Shown here one piece after another: positions 9,654 to 20,370 of a stretch of 64,000 nucleotides of DNA; position 1 is the first letter of the stretch; every line of letters begins with the position of its first letter. The stretch spans positions 11,336 to 75,335 of the forward strand of contig DMBU01000154.1 of assembly GCA_003446015.1 (NCBI GenBank), written 5' to 3'. This stretch comes from Bacteroidales bacterium (lineage in GTDB: Bacteria; Bacteroidota; Bacteroidia; Bacteroidales; UBA12077). The notes beneath the pieces were generated by a model, which was given only the letters and a program-made list of their open reading frames with translations, had not been told where the DNA came from and did not search any database. The translations under genes were made by a program, and so were the position numbers.

Positions 9654-11409
9654 AATGACAAAAGGAACTGTAGCAGGGATTATCGCAAACCTTGTATTTG
9701 TTGAGGTTGATGGACCTGTTCAACAAAACGAAATTTGTTACATTGATTTAGAAGGGACTAAATTAATGGCCGAGGTTATCAAGATTGTAGGAACTCAGGC
9801 ATATGTTCAAGTTTTCGAGAGTACTCGTGGACTTAAAGTAAATCATACTGTTGAGTTTACAGGACATATGTTAGAAGTAACTCTTGGACCTGGTATCTTA
9901 TCGAAAAACTATGACGGTCTGCAAAACGACTTAGATAAAATGGATGGAGTTTTCCTGAAAAGAGGAGAACATACAAATCCATTGGAAGACGATAAAAAAT
10001 GGGAATTTAAACCTATAGCTAAAGCAGGAGATGTTTTAGAAGCCGGAGGATGGTTAGGTGAAGTGAAAGAAAACTGGATGCCTCACAAAATTATGGTTCC
10101 TTTCAAATTCGAGGGTAAATACACGGTGAAAAGTGTTGCAAGTGCTGGAGAATACACCATTTTGGACAACATTGCAGTCGTTACTGACGAAAAAGGCAAA
10201 GATATTAATCTTACCATGACACAAAAATGGCCCGTAAAGTTGGCTATTAAAGCATATACTGAAAAACCTCGTCCGTTCAAGTTGCTGGAGACCGGAGTTC
10301 GTGTAATCGACACACTTAATCCAATTGCCGAAGGTGGTACAGGATTTATTCCGGGACCTTTTGGAACGGGTAAAACAGTGCTTCAACATGCCCTTTCAAA
10401 ACAAGCCGAAGCTGATATGATTATTGTTGCTGCTTGCGGTGAACGTGCAAACGAGGTTGTTGAAATTTTTACTGAGTTCCCTGAGTTAGACGATCCTCGT
10501 ACCGGACGTAAATTGATGGAACGAACAACTATCATCGCAAATACATCCAACATGCCGGTTGCAGCTCGTGAAGCTTCGGTATATACAGCCATGACTTTAG
10601 GAGAGTATTACCGTGCAATGGGATTAAAGGTATTATTACTTGCCGATTCAACTTCACGTTGGGCACAAGCACTTCGTGAAATGTCAAACCGTATGGAAGA
10701 ATTGCCGGGTCAGGATGCATTCCCAATGGATTTACCTGCAATTATTTCTAATTTCTATTCTCGTGCAGGATTTACCTATTTAAGTAATGGAGAAACTGGT
10801 TCAATTACATTTATTGGAACAGTATCACCTGCAGGAGGTAACCTGAAAGAGCCGGTAACGGAATCAACAAAAAAAGCTGCTCGTTGTTTTTACGCTTTAT
10901 CTCAACAACGTGCCGATAGTAAACGATATCCCGCGATTGACGCTTTGGAATCGTATTCAAAATATGCAGAATATCCTGAATTAATAGAGTATTTTAGAGC
11001 AAATATAGATCCTGATTGGCCGGAAAAAATTGGTTTAGCAAGAGACATTTTAATTAGAAGTAGAGAAGTTGCTGAACAAATCAATATCTTAGGGGATGAT
11101 GGTGTCCCTGTCGAATATCACGACAGATTTTGGAAAGGGGAAGTAATTGACTTTGTAATTTTACAACAGGATGCTTTTGATAAAACAGATGCTTCTACTC
11201 CTCTTGAACGTCAGAAATATATGTTAAACTGGGTTCTTGATATTTATCATACAAAATTCTCATTTGAATCATTTGAAGAAGTTGGTACGTTTTTTAAACG
11301 TGTTATCAACCAAATGAAACAGATGAACTATTCTGAATACAATTCAGATAAATTCAAGCAAAATGAGAAAGAACTAAATACCTTAATCGAAGAAAGAAAA
11401 ATTGCATAA
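9637..11409 (+). CDS. ntpA: V/A-type ATPase catalytic subunit A
   Basis: Walker A GPFGTGKT, ACGERANE, ANTSNMPVAAREAS, DSTSRWAQALRE; the true start could be 9655. Confidence 0.97.
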   Translation: MEKTIKMTKGTVAGIIANLVFVEVDGPVQQNEICYIDLEGTKLMAEVIKIVGTQAYVQVFESTRGLKVNHTVEFTGHMLEVTLGPGILSKNYDGLQNDLDKMDGVFLKRGEHTNPLEDDKKWEFKPIAKAGDVLEAGGWLGEVKENWMPHKIMVPFKFEGKYTVKSVASAGEYTILDNIAVVTDEKGKDINLTMTQKWPVKLAIKAYTEKPRPFKLLETGVRVIDTLNPIAEGGTGFIPGPFGTGKTVLQHALSKQAEADMIIVAACGERANEVVEIFTEFPELDDPRTGRKLMERTTIIANTSNMPVAAREASVYTAMTLGEYYRAMGLKVLLLADSTSRWAQALREMSNRMEELPGQDAFPMDLPAIISNFYSRAGFTYLSNGETGSITFIGTVSPAGGNLKEPVTESTKKAARCFYALSQQRADSKRYPAIDALESYSKYAEYPELIEYFRANIDPDWPEKIGLARDILIRSREVAEQINILGDDGVPVEYHDRFWKGEVIDFVILQQDAFDKTDASTPLERQKYMLNWVLDIYHTKFSFESFEEVGTFFKRVINQMKQMNYSEYNSDKFKQNEKELNTLIEERKIA

Positions 11410-12731
11410 TGGAAACAAAAGCATTTCAAAAAATCTATACAAAGCTCACCCAGGTTACAAAAGCCACATGTTCTTTAAAAGCCTCAGGAATTGGTTACGA
11501 AGAAATGGCAATTGTACACGGTAGGTTAGCACAGGTAGTAAAAATCATTGGCGAAGATGTAACGCTTCAGATTTTCTCAGGAACAGAAGGTATTCCAACA
11601 AATGCTGAGGTTATTTTCTTAGGTCGCCCTCCGGTATTAAAAGTAGGCGAAGAGCTATCAGGTCGATTTTTTAATGCCTATGGTGATCCTATTGATGGCA
11701 GACCTCCGATTGAAGGAGAAGAACGTCAGATTGGGGGACCATCTGTAAACCCTGTTCGCAGGATGCAACCATCGGAATTTATTCCAACCGGTATTGCTGG
11801 TATCGACTTAAATAACGCTCTGGTTACAGGACAAAAAATTCCATTTTTTGCCGATCCTGATCAGCCTTATAATCAGGTTATGGCCATGGTTGCACTTCGT
11901 GCTGATGCCGACAAAATTATTCTGGGTGGTATGGGATTAACCAACGATGATTATTTGTATTACAAGAATGTTTTCGAAAATGCAGGAGCGCTAGATCGTA
12001 TTATCAGTTTTGTAAATACAACTGAAAATCCTCCGGTTGAACGTATTCTTGTTCCCGATATGGCATTAACAGCAGCAGAATATTTTGCGGTTGATAAACA
12101 TCAAAAAGTATTGGTTCTTTTAACAGACATGACCCTTTATGCTGACGCGTTGAGTATTGTATCGAATCGTATGGACCAGATTCCATCGAAAGATAGTATG
12201 CCTGGGTCATTGTACAGTGATTTAGCAAAAATATACGAAAAAGCCGTTCAGTTTCCTGATGGTGGATCAATTACTATTATCGCAGTAACCACATTATCAG
12301 GTGGTGATATTACACATGCTATTCCTGATAACACAGGCTATATTACTGAAGGTCAGTTGTTCTTAAGAAAAGATACCGATATTGGAAAAGTTATTGTGGA
12401 CCCATTCCGAAGCTTATCACGATTGAAGCAGTTAGTTATTGGTAAGAAAACCCGTGCAGATCATCCTCAGGTGATGAATGCTGCTATTCGTTTATACGCC
12501 GATGCTGCAAATGCTAAAACAAAACAGGAAAATGGTTTCGACCTTACTGATTACGACGATCGTACTCTAAAATTTGCCAAAGATTATTCTGATAAATTAT
12601 TGGCAATTGATGTAAACATCGAAGTTGATAAAATGCTTGAAACAAGCTGGAACCTGTTTAATGAGCATTTTGAACCTGCTGAAGTTGGTATTAAACAAGA
12701 ATTTGTGGATCAATATTGGCCTAAAAACTAG
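11409..12731 (+). CDS. ntpB: V/A-type ATPase subunit B
   Basis: GQKIPFF, LTDMTLYADAL, PGSLYSDLAKIYEKA, DITHAIPDNTGYITEGQ, PFRSLSRL. Confidence 0.97.
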   Translation: METKAFQKIYTKLTQVTKATCSLKASGIGYEEMAIVHGRLAQVVKIIGEDVTLQIFSGTEGIPTNAEVIFLGRPPVLKVGEELSGRFFNAYGDPIDGRPPIEGEERQIGGPSVNPVRRMQPSEFIPTGIAGIDLNNALVTGQKIPFFADPDQPYNQVMAMVALRADADKIILGGMGLTNDDYLYYKNVFENAGALDRIISFVNTTENPPVERILVPDMALTAAEYFAVDKHQKVLVLLTDMTLYADALSIVSNRMDQIPSKDSMPGSLYSDLAKIYEKAVQFPDGGSITIIAVTTLSGGDITHAIPDNTGYITEGQLFLRKDTDIGKVIVDPFRSLSRLKQLVIGKKTRADHPQVMNAAIRLYADAANAKTKQENGFDLTDYDDRTLKFAKDYSDKLLAIDVNIEVDKMLETSWNLFNEHFEPAEVGIKQEFVDQYWPKN

Positions 12732-12765
12732 TTTAAAAGTTTAGAGTTCGGAGTTTAGAGTTATG
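12730..12765 (+). repeat. Left heptamer array (AGTTTAA-A-AGTTTAG-AGTTCGG-AGTTTAG-AGTTATG)
   Basis: Five AGTT-core units at about 7-nt period spanning the ntpB stop to the ATG of the four-helix-bundle gene. Confidence 0.8.
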
Positions 12766-13173
12766 GCTACTGTAGAAAGATTTGAAGATTTAATCGCATG
12801 GCAAAAAGCAAGACAGTTTGCTCAAAAAGTATATGAACTTACTTGTTTTGATAAATTTTCTCGTGATTTCTCCTTAGTAGATCAAATTAGACGATCAAGT
12901 GGTTCTGTTATGGATAACATCGCGGAAGGATTTGAAAGAGGAGGGAATAAAGAATTTATTCATTTTTTATTCATCTCAAAAGGTTCTTTATCAGAAACAA
13001 AATCACAACTGTATCGTGCATTTGATAGAAAATATATTTTAGAAGAGATTTTAAAAGAAAAACTTGATAAAGCAGAAGAACTTTCTAAAGTAATTGGAGG
13101 ATTTATTAGTTATTTATTAAAATCCGACATTACTGGCAGAAAATTTAATACAAAAACTCAAAACTCAAAATAA
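12763..13173 (+). CDS. Four-helix-bundle protein (23S rRNA intervening-sequence protein / bAvd-like family)
   Basis: RFEDLIAWQKA...DFSLVDQIRRSSGSVMDNIAEGFER...EFIHFLFISKGSLSETKSQLYRA signature. Confidence 0.92.
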   Translation: MATVERFEDLIAWQKARQFAQKVYELTCFDKFSRDFSLVDQIRRSSGSVMDNIAEGFERGGNKEFIHFLFISKGSLSETKSQLYRAFDRKYILEEILKEKLDKAEELSKVIGGFISYLLKSDITGRKFNTKTQNSK

Positions 13174-13224
13174 ATGAACTCAACTTTATATAACTCAAAA
13201 CTCAAAATATTTTAACTTAAAACT
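13152..13224 (+). repeat. Right heptamer array (CAAAACT-type), inverted relative to the left array
   Basis: Eight AACT cores, including AAAAACT-CAAAACT, TATAACT-CAAAACT and TTTAACT-TAAAACT; the reverse complement AGTTTTG resembles the left unit AGTTTAG. Confidence 0.8.
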
Positions 13225-13228
13225 GAGA

Positions 13229-13828
13229 ATGGCAATACGATTTCAATATAACAAAACATCATTACAGCACTTAAACAAGCAGCTTAAAATTCGCTTGAGA
13301 GCTTTGCCGACACTTCAAAGTAAGGAGGCCGCCTTAAGAATGGAAGTTAAGCGCGCAAAAGATCAGGCCGAAGAATTACTCAGGAAACTGGAATCTCGTA
13401 TGAAAGAGTACGATAACATGGTTAGGCTTTGGGGTGAATTCGAAACTGACCTGATTTCTGTAAAAGATGTGAATATGAGTGTGAAGAAAATTGCAGGTGT
13501 AAAAACACCTATCCTTGAGGATGTAATTTTCGAAATGAAGGAATTCAGTTTTTTCAATAAACCTGGTTGGTTTTTAAGTGGGATAAAGATTTTAGAATCT
13601 CTGGTTAAAATCTCAATAGAAAGTGAGTTTTTTGTAAGAAAAATGGAACTATTGGATTTTGCTCGAAAGAAAACTACTCAGAAAGTGAACTTATACGAAA
13701 AAGTTCAGATTCCGGGATACGAAGAAGCTATTTCAAAAGTAAAACGATTTTTGGAAGATGAAGAGAACTTATCTAAATCATCTCAGAAAATTGTTAAGAA
13801 ACGACAACAACAGAAGGAGGCAGCATAA
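13229..13828 (+). CDS. ntpD: V/A-type ATPase subunit D
   Basis: QYNKTSL...RALPTLQSKE, RKKTTQKVNLYEKVQIP motifs. Confidence 0.95.
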   Translation: MAIRFQYNKTSLQHLNKQLKIRLRALPTLQSKEAALRMEVKRAKDQAEELLRKLESRMKEYDNMVRLWGEFETDLISVKDVNMSVKKIAGVKTPILEDVIFEMKEFSFFNKPGWFLSGIKILESLVKISIESEFFVRKMELLDFARKKTTQKVNLYEKVQIPGYEEAISKVKRFLEDEENLSKSSQKIVKKRQQQKEAA

Positions 13829-15603
13829 TGGTAACTCCAATGATGAAATATTCTTTCTTAATTTATCACAAGGAGTATATTCCTTTTCTTGAGAAATTGC
13901 AAGAATTAGGAGTTCTTCATATCATTGAAAAAAAGAAAGAAGTAAACGAAAACATAAAATTATCTTTACAGCATATTAGCGACATTAATAAGTCTTTAAA
14001 ATTTCTGGGTACCAGAAACAAAGAAGAAGTTGCTGAAAAAACTGGAATGGATGGTTTGGCGATTGTTGAAAAAATAAGAAGTTTAAATGATGAGCTTTCA
14101 GCAATTGAATTGGAACAGCTTACTTTGAATAAAGAAATTCAAAAAGCTGAACCCTGGGGTGATTTCAATCCTGATATGCAAGAAAAGCTTGCAAATCTGC
14201 ATATTAAAATTAAACTTTTTGTTTGTGGAGAGAAGAAGTTTAATCCAGATTGGAAAGAGAAATATCCAATCGAGATTGTTAACACAAAAGAAGGCTATGC
14301 ATATTTTGTCGCCTTTCAACATGGAGCAAATCCGATTGATCTTGATGCAGAAGAAGTAAAACTTCCTGAACATAGTTTAAAGCAGCTTCTTGCTAAAGAT
14401 GAGGCAAATAAAAATCGTGTTGCTGAAATCCAAAACGTTTTTGATGAATTTGCCATTAAATATCAGGGAGTCCTAAAAGATACCCGTCAGCAAATACAGG
14501 AAAAAACCGATTTCGAATTAGCAATAAATCATACCGAAAAACAAGCTGAAGAAAAGGTAATGCTTTTAGAAGGATGGATTCCAGAAGAAAAGAAAGACGA
14601 ACTTGAAACAACGCTTAACGAACAAAATGTATATTACCTTTCTGCAAAACCAGTAGAAGGAGAAAAAGTTCCTATAAAACTTAAGAATAATAAATATGCA
14701 AAATTATTCGAGCCGATAGGTGATTTATTCTCTTTACCCGATTATGCCGAGCTGGATTTGACTCCCTTTTTTGCTCCGTTCTTTATGTTGTTTTTTGGAT
14801 TCTGTGTTGGAGATTCAGGTTATGGACTTTTGATATTAATTGCAACCATCATTTTAAGGTTTAAAGTTGATGCAAAATGGAAACCAGTAATGACTTTGGC
14901 TTCTTTTCTTGGTGGTGCAACAGTAATCATGGGAATGATTTCAGGAACTTTTTTTGGCATAAACCTGGTTGATGTAGAAATTTACCCATTAAAAGAAATG
15001 ATTCTTGAACCTTTGAATCTGTTCTGGTTATCTTTAATGATCGGTGGAGCGCAAATCTTTTTCGGGATGATTATAAAAGCTGTAAATCAAATAAAACAGA
15101 GAGGCCTGAAATATGGCTTATCAACAATTGGATGGATTTTTCTGATTATTGGGGCAGGATCAATAGTTGTATTACAGCAGTTAAATATTGAAATTAGTAA
15201 ATCAATTACTTATGTGATTTTTGGTATTAGTGGTACATTGATTTTAATTTTCAGCAATCCTGATATTAACGTGTTTGCAAGTGTTGGAGCAGGTTTATAT
15301 GATGTTTATAATATGGTAACCGGAATTTTTGGCGATTTATTATCATATATTCGTTTATTTGCTATTGGTATTTCAAGTGCGATTTTAGGATTGGTTTTTA
15401 ATCAAATTGCATCGCAGTTTTTAGGTGGCAGCTTTTTTAGTTACCTACCATTCATTATCATTTTATTAATAGGTCATGGTTTGAATATCTTCCTTGCATG
15501 TCTGGGAGGTTTTGTTCATCCAATGCGTTTAACATTTGTTGAATTTTATAAGAATGCCGGCTTTACAGGCGGTGGTAAACAGTATAAACCTTTTTCAAAA
15601 TAG
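13828..15603 (+). CDS. ntpI: V/A-type ATPase subunit I (a)
   Basis: PWGDF, EGWIP, PDYAELDLTP, GDSGYG, DLLSYIRLFA, HPMRLTFVEFY. Confidence 0.95.
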   Translation: MVTPMMKYSFLIYHKEYIPFLEKLQELGVLHIIEKKKEVNENIKLSLQHISDINKSLKFLGTRNKEEVAEKTGMDGLAIVEKIRSLNDELSAIELEQLTLNKEIQKAEPWGDFNPDMQEKLANLHIKIKLFVCGEKKFNPDWKEKYPIEIVNTKEGYAYFVAFQHGANPIDLDAEEVKLPEHSLKQLLAKDEANKNRVAEIQNVFDEFAIKYQGVLKDTRQQIQEKTDFELAINHTEKQAEEKVMLLEGWIPEEKKDELETTLNEQNVYYLSAKPVEGEKVPIKLKNNKYAKLFEPIGDLFSLPDYAELDLTPFFAPFFMLFFGFCVGDSGYGLLILIATIILRFKVDAKWKPVMTLASFLGGATVIMGMISGTFFGINLVDVEIYPLKEMILEPLNLFWLSLMIGGAQIFFGMIIKAVNQIKQRGLKYGLSTIGWIFLIIGAGSIVVLQQLNIEISKSITYVIFGISGTLILIFSNPDINVFASVGAGLYDVYNMVTGIFGDLLSYIRLFAIGISSAILGLVFNQIASQFLGGSFFSYLPFIIILLIGHGLNIFLACLGGFVHPMRLTFVEFYKNAGFTGGGKQYKPFSK

Positions 15604-16107
<504 letters not shown>

Positions 16108-16142
16108 TAAAGAAACAATAAAAATATTATTTCGTAATAAAG

Positions 16143-16175
16143 GACAGTGCAAAATTAATTGCACTGTCTTTTTTT
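16143..16175 (+). terminator. Intrinsic terminator after ntpK
   Basis: Stem GACAGTGCAA/TTGCACTGTC (10 bp, 6-nt loop) followed by T7. Confidence 0.85.
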
Positions 16176-16210
16176 ATTCTGTTCTGTTAACATTTTTACA
16201 TTTAAATATA

Positions 16211-16218
16211 TAAATTTG
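16211..16218 (+). promoter_or_regulatory. Putative -7 box (TAAATTTG) for atpB
   Basis: TAnnTTTG match between the ntpK terminator and ATG 16240; no clear -33 TTTG. Confidence 0.45.
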
Positions 16219-16239
16219 TAAGTATCCAAATTTCGAAGT

Positions 16240-17340
16240 ATGCATAAAGTACTATTCAGATTATTTTTTACTTCAATTTTAGTTATTAATCTTCAAAATT
16301 TCTCTTTTGGGAATGAGGAGCATGAAAAAAAGGACTCAATTCACAACGAAGAAACTGCTGTTGAAAAATTTAATCCCGGCAATTTTATTTTCGATCACAT
16401 AAAAGATAATTATAGTTGGCATCTATATACATATAAAGGGAACCATGTTGCAATTCCTCTCCCTGTAATATTATATACTAAAACTAGAGGGATCGGGTTG
16501 TTTTGGTCTTCAAAATTGGCACATGGCCACACCTACAAAGGTTTTAAAATTGCACACGAAGGAGATTATAAGGATAAAATTATTGAAGTTAACGAGCAAG
16601 GAGAGTTTCTTTCAAGACCTCTTGATATTTCAATCACAAAAAATGTAGCAGCAATAATGATCAGTGGAGCCTTACTGATACTCATATTTGTCTCCATAGC
16701 AAATTCATATAAAAGAAGAGAGGACCAAGCTCCCAAGGGAATACAGTCATTACTCGAACCTTTAATATTATTTATTCGTGACGATGTAGCAAGAAATAGT
16801 ATTGGAGAAAAACATTATGAAAGGTACACTCCTTTTTTGCTTACCATTTTCTTTTTTATACTAATTAATAATCTAATGGGGTTAATTCCTATTTTCCCTG
16901 GGGGGGCAAATGTTACAGGAAACATAACTGTTACTTTAGCATTGGCATTGTTTACCTTTATAATTACAACTTTTACGGGAAATAAAAATTACTGGAAACA
17001 CATCTTTAATCCACCGGGAGTACCCTGGTGGTTAAAGTTACCGGTTCCTTTAATCCCATTTATAGAACTTATAGGAGTTATCATAAAACCATTCGTATTA
17101 ATGATTCGTCTTTTCGCTAATATTTCAGCGGGTCATATTATCGTATTAGGTTTTTTTAGTCTGATTTTTATTTTTGGTAACATGAAACCTGTTATGGGTT
17201 TTGCTGTATCTCCAATTTCAATAGCATTTACAATTTTCATGTCGTTCTTAGAATTGTTGGTTGCATTTATACAGGCATATGTATTTACAATGCTTTCGGC
17301 AATTTATTTTGGAATGGCAACAGAAGAACATCACGAATAA
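16240..17340 (+). CDS. atpB: F-type ATP synthase subunit a
   Basis: DISITKN, PKGIQSLLE, NVTGNI, MIRLFANISAGH (essential Arg), LVAFIQAYVF; Bacteroidota-type N-terminal extension. Confidence 0.96.
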   Translation: MHKVLFRLFFTSILVINLQNFSFGNEEHEKKDSIHNEETAVEKFNPGNFIFDHIKDNYSWHLYTYKGNHVAIPLPVILYTKTRGIGLFWSSKLAHGHTYKGFKIAHEGDYKDKIIEVNEQGEFLSRPLDISITKNVAAIMISGALLILIFVSIANSYKRREDQAPKGIQSLLEPLILFIRDDVARNSIGEKHYERYTPFLLTIFFFILINNLMGLIPIFPGGANVTGNITVTLALALFTFIITTFTGNKNYWKHIFNPPGVPWWLKLPVPLIPFIELIGVIIKPFVLMIRLFANISAGHIIVLGFFSLIFIFGNMKPVMGFAVSPISIAFTIFMSFLELLVAFIQAYVFTMLSAIYFGMATEEHHE

Positions 17341-17358
17341 GTTTTTTATTTTAATTAA

Positions 17359-17628
<270 letters not shown>

Positions 17629-17635
17629 GGATTTT

Positions 17636-17673
17636 GCTTTACAGTGCAGCGGTTGGCTGCCTGTAAAGCTTTT
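17636..17673 (+). other. Intergenic stem-loop between atpE and atpF
   Basis: GCTTTACAG-t-GCAGC / loop GGTTG / GCTGC-CTGTAAAGC followed by TTTT. Confidence 0.7.
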
Positions 17674-17693
17674 AATTAAAAAAAGATAATATT

Positions 17694-18188
17694 ATGGAAC
17701 TTATAAAACCAGATCTTGGATTATTATTTTGGATGATTCTTTCGTTTGGAACAGTCTTGTTTGTTTTGATTAAATTTGCATGGAGGCCAATACTTGCTGC
17801 TTTAAAGAATCGTGAAAGATCTATAAGTAAAAGTCTTTTAGCTGCTCAAAGAGCACGAGAAGAGATGGCTAAAATAGAGTTTGGAAATGAAAAAATTACT
17901 CAATTGGCAAAAATTGAACGGGAAAATTTACTTAAGGAAGCCAAAGAATTAAAAAATAAAATTATTGAGGAAGCTCGTGAAAGTGCTAAATTAGACGCAA
18001 AGAAAATTATTGAAGAAGCAAGACAAAGTGTTCAGCACGAAAAGAATCAGGCTATCAACGAAATTAAAAACCAAATTGCAACACTTTCAGTTGATATTGC
18101 AGAAAAAATTTTAAAGCAAAGACTTGGAGACGAATCCTTGCAAAAAGAATTAATCAATGATCTTATCAAAGACATTGATTTAAACTAA
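17694..18188 (+). CDS. atpF: F-type ATP synthase subunit b
   Basis: PDLGLLFW, KFAWRPIL..LKNRE, coiled coil, LSVDIAEKIL. Confidence 0.93.
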   Translation: MELIKPDLGLLFWMILSFGTVLFVLIKFAWRPILAALKNRERSISKSLLAAQRAREEMAKIEFGNEKITQLAKIERENLLKEAKELKNKIIEEARESAKLDAKKIIEEARQSVQHEKNQAINEIKNQIATLSVDIAEKILKQRLGDESLQKELINDLIKDIDLN

Positions 18189-18201
18189 TTTTAATTTATA
18201 C

Positions 18202-18768
18202 ATGTATTTTAGTCAAATAAATATCAGGTATGCAAAATCCTTATTCCTTCTTGCAAAGGAAAAGAATATTATCGATGAAATAAAGCAAGATATTGAACTT
18301 ATTCTTCAATGGTTTGATGACTATCCCGATATTAAAATTTTATTGGAGCATCCAGTTATAAAACCATCAAAAAAAACCGAAATAATAAGCGATTTACTCA
18401 AAGATAAAATCAATGAATACTCAATATTGTTTTTAAAGCTGATCATTAAAAACAAACGAGAAAATCACCTAAAAAACATATGTATTGATTTCATCGACCT
18501 TTATAAAAAGCAACTTGGTATAAAAACAGCAATACTAACTACATCATTTGAATTAACACGGACTCATAAAGCAAATATTAATAAATCAATTGAAAAGGCT
18601 TTTAATGCTGTTATTGAATTAAACACCAACGTTGATGAAACCATTTTGGGAGGCATGATTATTCAGGTTGAAGACAAACAGCTAGATTTAAGTGTAGCAC
18701 GACAAATACAACAATTACGAAATCAGTTTATTAATATTGATTTTAATAAAAAAAGACTAAATAAATAA
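18202..18768 (+). CDS. atpH: F-type ATP synthase subunit delta
   Basis: RYAKSL, KNKRE, VDETILGG, QLDLSV. Confidence 0.92.
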   Translation: MYFSQINIRYAKSLFLLAKEKNIIDEIKQDIELILQWFDDYPDIKILLEHPVIKPSKKTEIISDLLKDKINEYSILFLKLIIKNKRENHLKNICIDFIDLYKKQLGIKTAILTTSFELTRTHKANINKSIEKAFNAVIELNTNVDETILGGMIIQVEDKQLDLSVARQIQQLRNQFINIDFNKKRLNK

Positions 18769-18780
18769 AAAATAAATACA

Positions 18781-20364
18781 ATGGCAGGAATTAAACCAGG
18801 AGAAGTCTCAGAAATCTTAAAAAGAGAATTAGAAGGCTTTACAACAAATTCCGAACTCGAAGAAGTAGGTAGTGTTTTACAAGTGGGTGATGGTATAGCC
18901 AGAATATATGGTTTAACCAAGGTACAATCAAACGAATTAATTGAATTTGAAAACGGAATGAAGGGGATTGTACTTAATCTTGAAGAAGATAATGTTGGAG
19001 TAGTTCTTTTAGGATCTTCCGAAGAAATAAAAGAAGGCGATAAAGTTAAGCGAACCAAAAAAATCGCATCAATAAAAGTTGGAGAAGGGTTGTTAGGCAG
19101 AGTTATTAATACGATTGGAGAACCTATTGATGGCAAAGGTCCTTTTCATGGAGAACTTTTAGAAATGCCATTAGAAAGAAAAGCTCCCGGTGTAATATAC
19201 CGACAACCTGTTAATGAACCAATTCAAACAGGATTAAAGTCTATTGATGCAATGATTCCAATTGGTCGTGGTCAGCGTGAGTTGATTATTGGTGATCGTC
19301 AAACAGGAAAAACAGCCATAGCAATTGATACCATTATTAATCAAAAAGAATTTTTCGAAAAGGGAGAGCCTGTTTATTGTATATATGTTGCCATAGGACA
19401 AAAAGGATCAACAGTGGCGAATATAGCAGATATATTAGAGAAACATGGAGCAATGGAGTACACGGTAATTGTTATGGCCACGGCATCCGATTCAGCAGCA
19501 TTACAGTTTTATGCTCCTTTTGCAGGCGCCTGTATCGGAGAATATTTCAGAGATACTGGTCGTGCAGCATTAATAATTTATGATGATCTTTCAAAACAAG
19601 CAGTGGCATATCGCGAAGTTTCTCTTTTATTACGTCGTCCACCAGGACGAGAGGCATATCCTGGTGATGTATTTTATCTACATTCACGTCTTCTTGAACG
19701 TGCTGCAAAAATTATTCAATCAGATAAAATTGCTGCCGAAATGAATGATTTGCCCGATTCATTAAAGGGGAAAGTTAAAGGAGGAGGATCATTAACTGCA
19801 CTGCCTATTATTGAAACACAAGCAGGTGATGTTTCAGCTTATATTCCTACAAATGTAATTTCTATCACAGATGGTCAGATTTTTCTTGAATCCGACTTGT
19901 TTAATGCAGGTGTTAAACCCGCTATTAATGTTGGTATTTCGGTTTCCAGAGTTGGGGGAAATGCTCAAATTAAGTCAATGAAAAAGGTTGCAGGAACATT
20001 AAAACTTGATCAGGCGCAATATAGAGAATTAGAAGCTTTTTCAAAGTTTGGATCCGATTTGGATGCTGCAACTATGGCTGTATTGAATAAAGGGGCAAAG
20101 AATGTAGAAATATTAAAGCAAGGTCAGTATAGACCTATGTCAGTTGAAAAACAAATTGCCATTATTTATTGTGGTACAAAAGGATTATTGGAAGATGTTC
20201 CTGTTGAAAAAGTTAAGGAATTTGAGACAGACTTTTTAGATATTATGGAAATGCAACACAATAATATTCTTGTTGAACTTAAATCTGGAAAATTAACAGA
20301 TGAAATCACTTCAGTATTAGAGAATGCAGCAAAAGAAGCAGCTGCAAAATATAAAGAAGCTTAG
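18781..20364 (+). CDS. atpA: F-type ATP synthase subunit alpha
   Basis: [43 protein letters not shown]. Confidence 0.98.
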   Translation: MAGIKPGEVSEILKRELEGFTTNSELEEVGSVLQVGDGIARIYGLTKVQSNELIEFENGMKGIVLNLEEDNVGVVLLGSSEEIKEGDKVKRTKKIASIKVGEGLLGRVINTIGEPIDGKGPFHGELLEMPLERKAPGVIYRQPVNEPIQTGLKSIDAMIPIGRGQRELIIGDRQTGKTAIAIDTIINQKEFFEKGEPVYCIYVAIGQKGSTVANIADILEKHGAMEYTVIVMATASDSAALQFYAPFAGACIGEYFRDTGRAALIIYDDLSKQAVAYREVSLLLRRPPGREAYPGDVFYLHSRLLERAAKIIQSDKIAAEMNDLPDSLKGKVKGGGSLTALPIIETQAGDVSAYIPTNVISITDGQIFLESDLFNAGVKPAINVGISVSRVGGNAQIKSMKKVAGTLKLDQAQYRELEAFSKFGSDLDAATMAVLNKGAKNVEILKQGQYRPMSVEKQIAIIYCGTKGLLEDVPVEKVKEFETDFLDIMEMQHNNILVELKSGKLTDEITSVLENAAKEAAAKYKEA

Positions 20365-20370
20365 AATAAA

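Noticed and set aside
12763-13173. Diversity-generating retroelement or rRNA IVS suggested by the Avd/IVP-like protein
   Set aside because: No reverse transcriptase, no TR/VR pair and no rRNA gene in the window.
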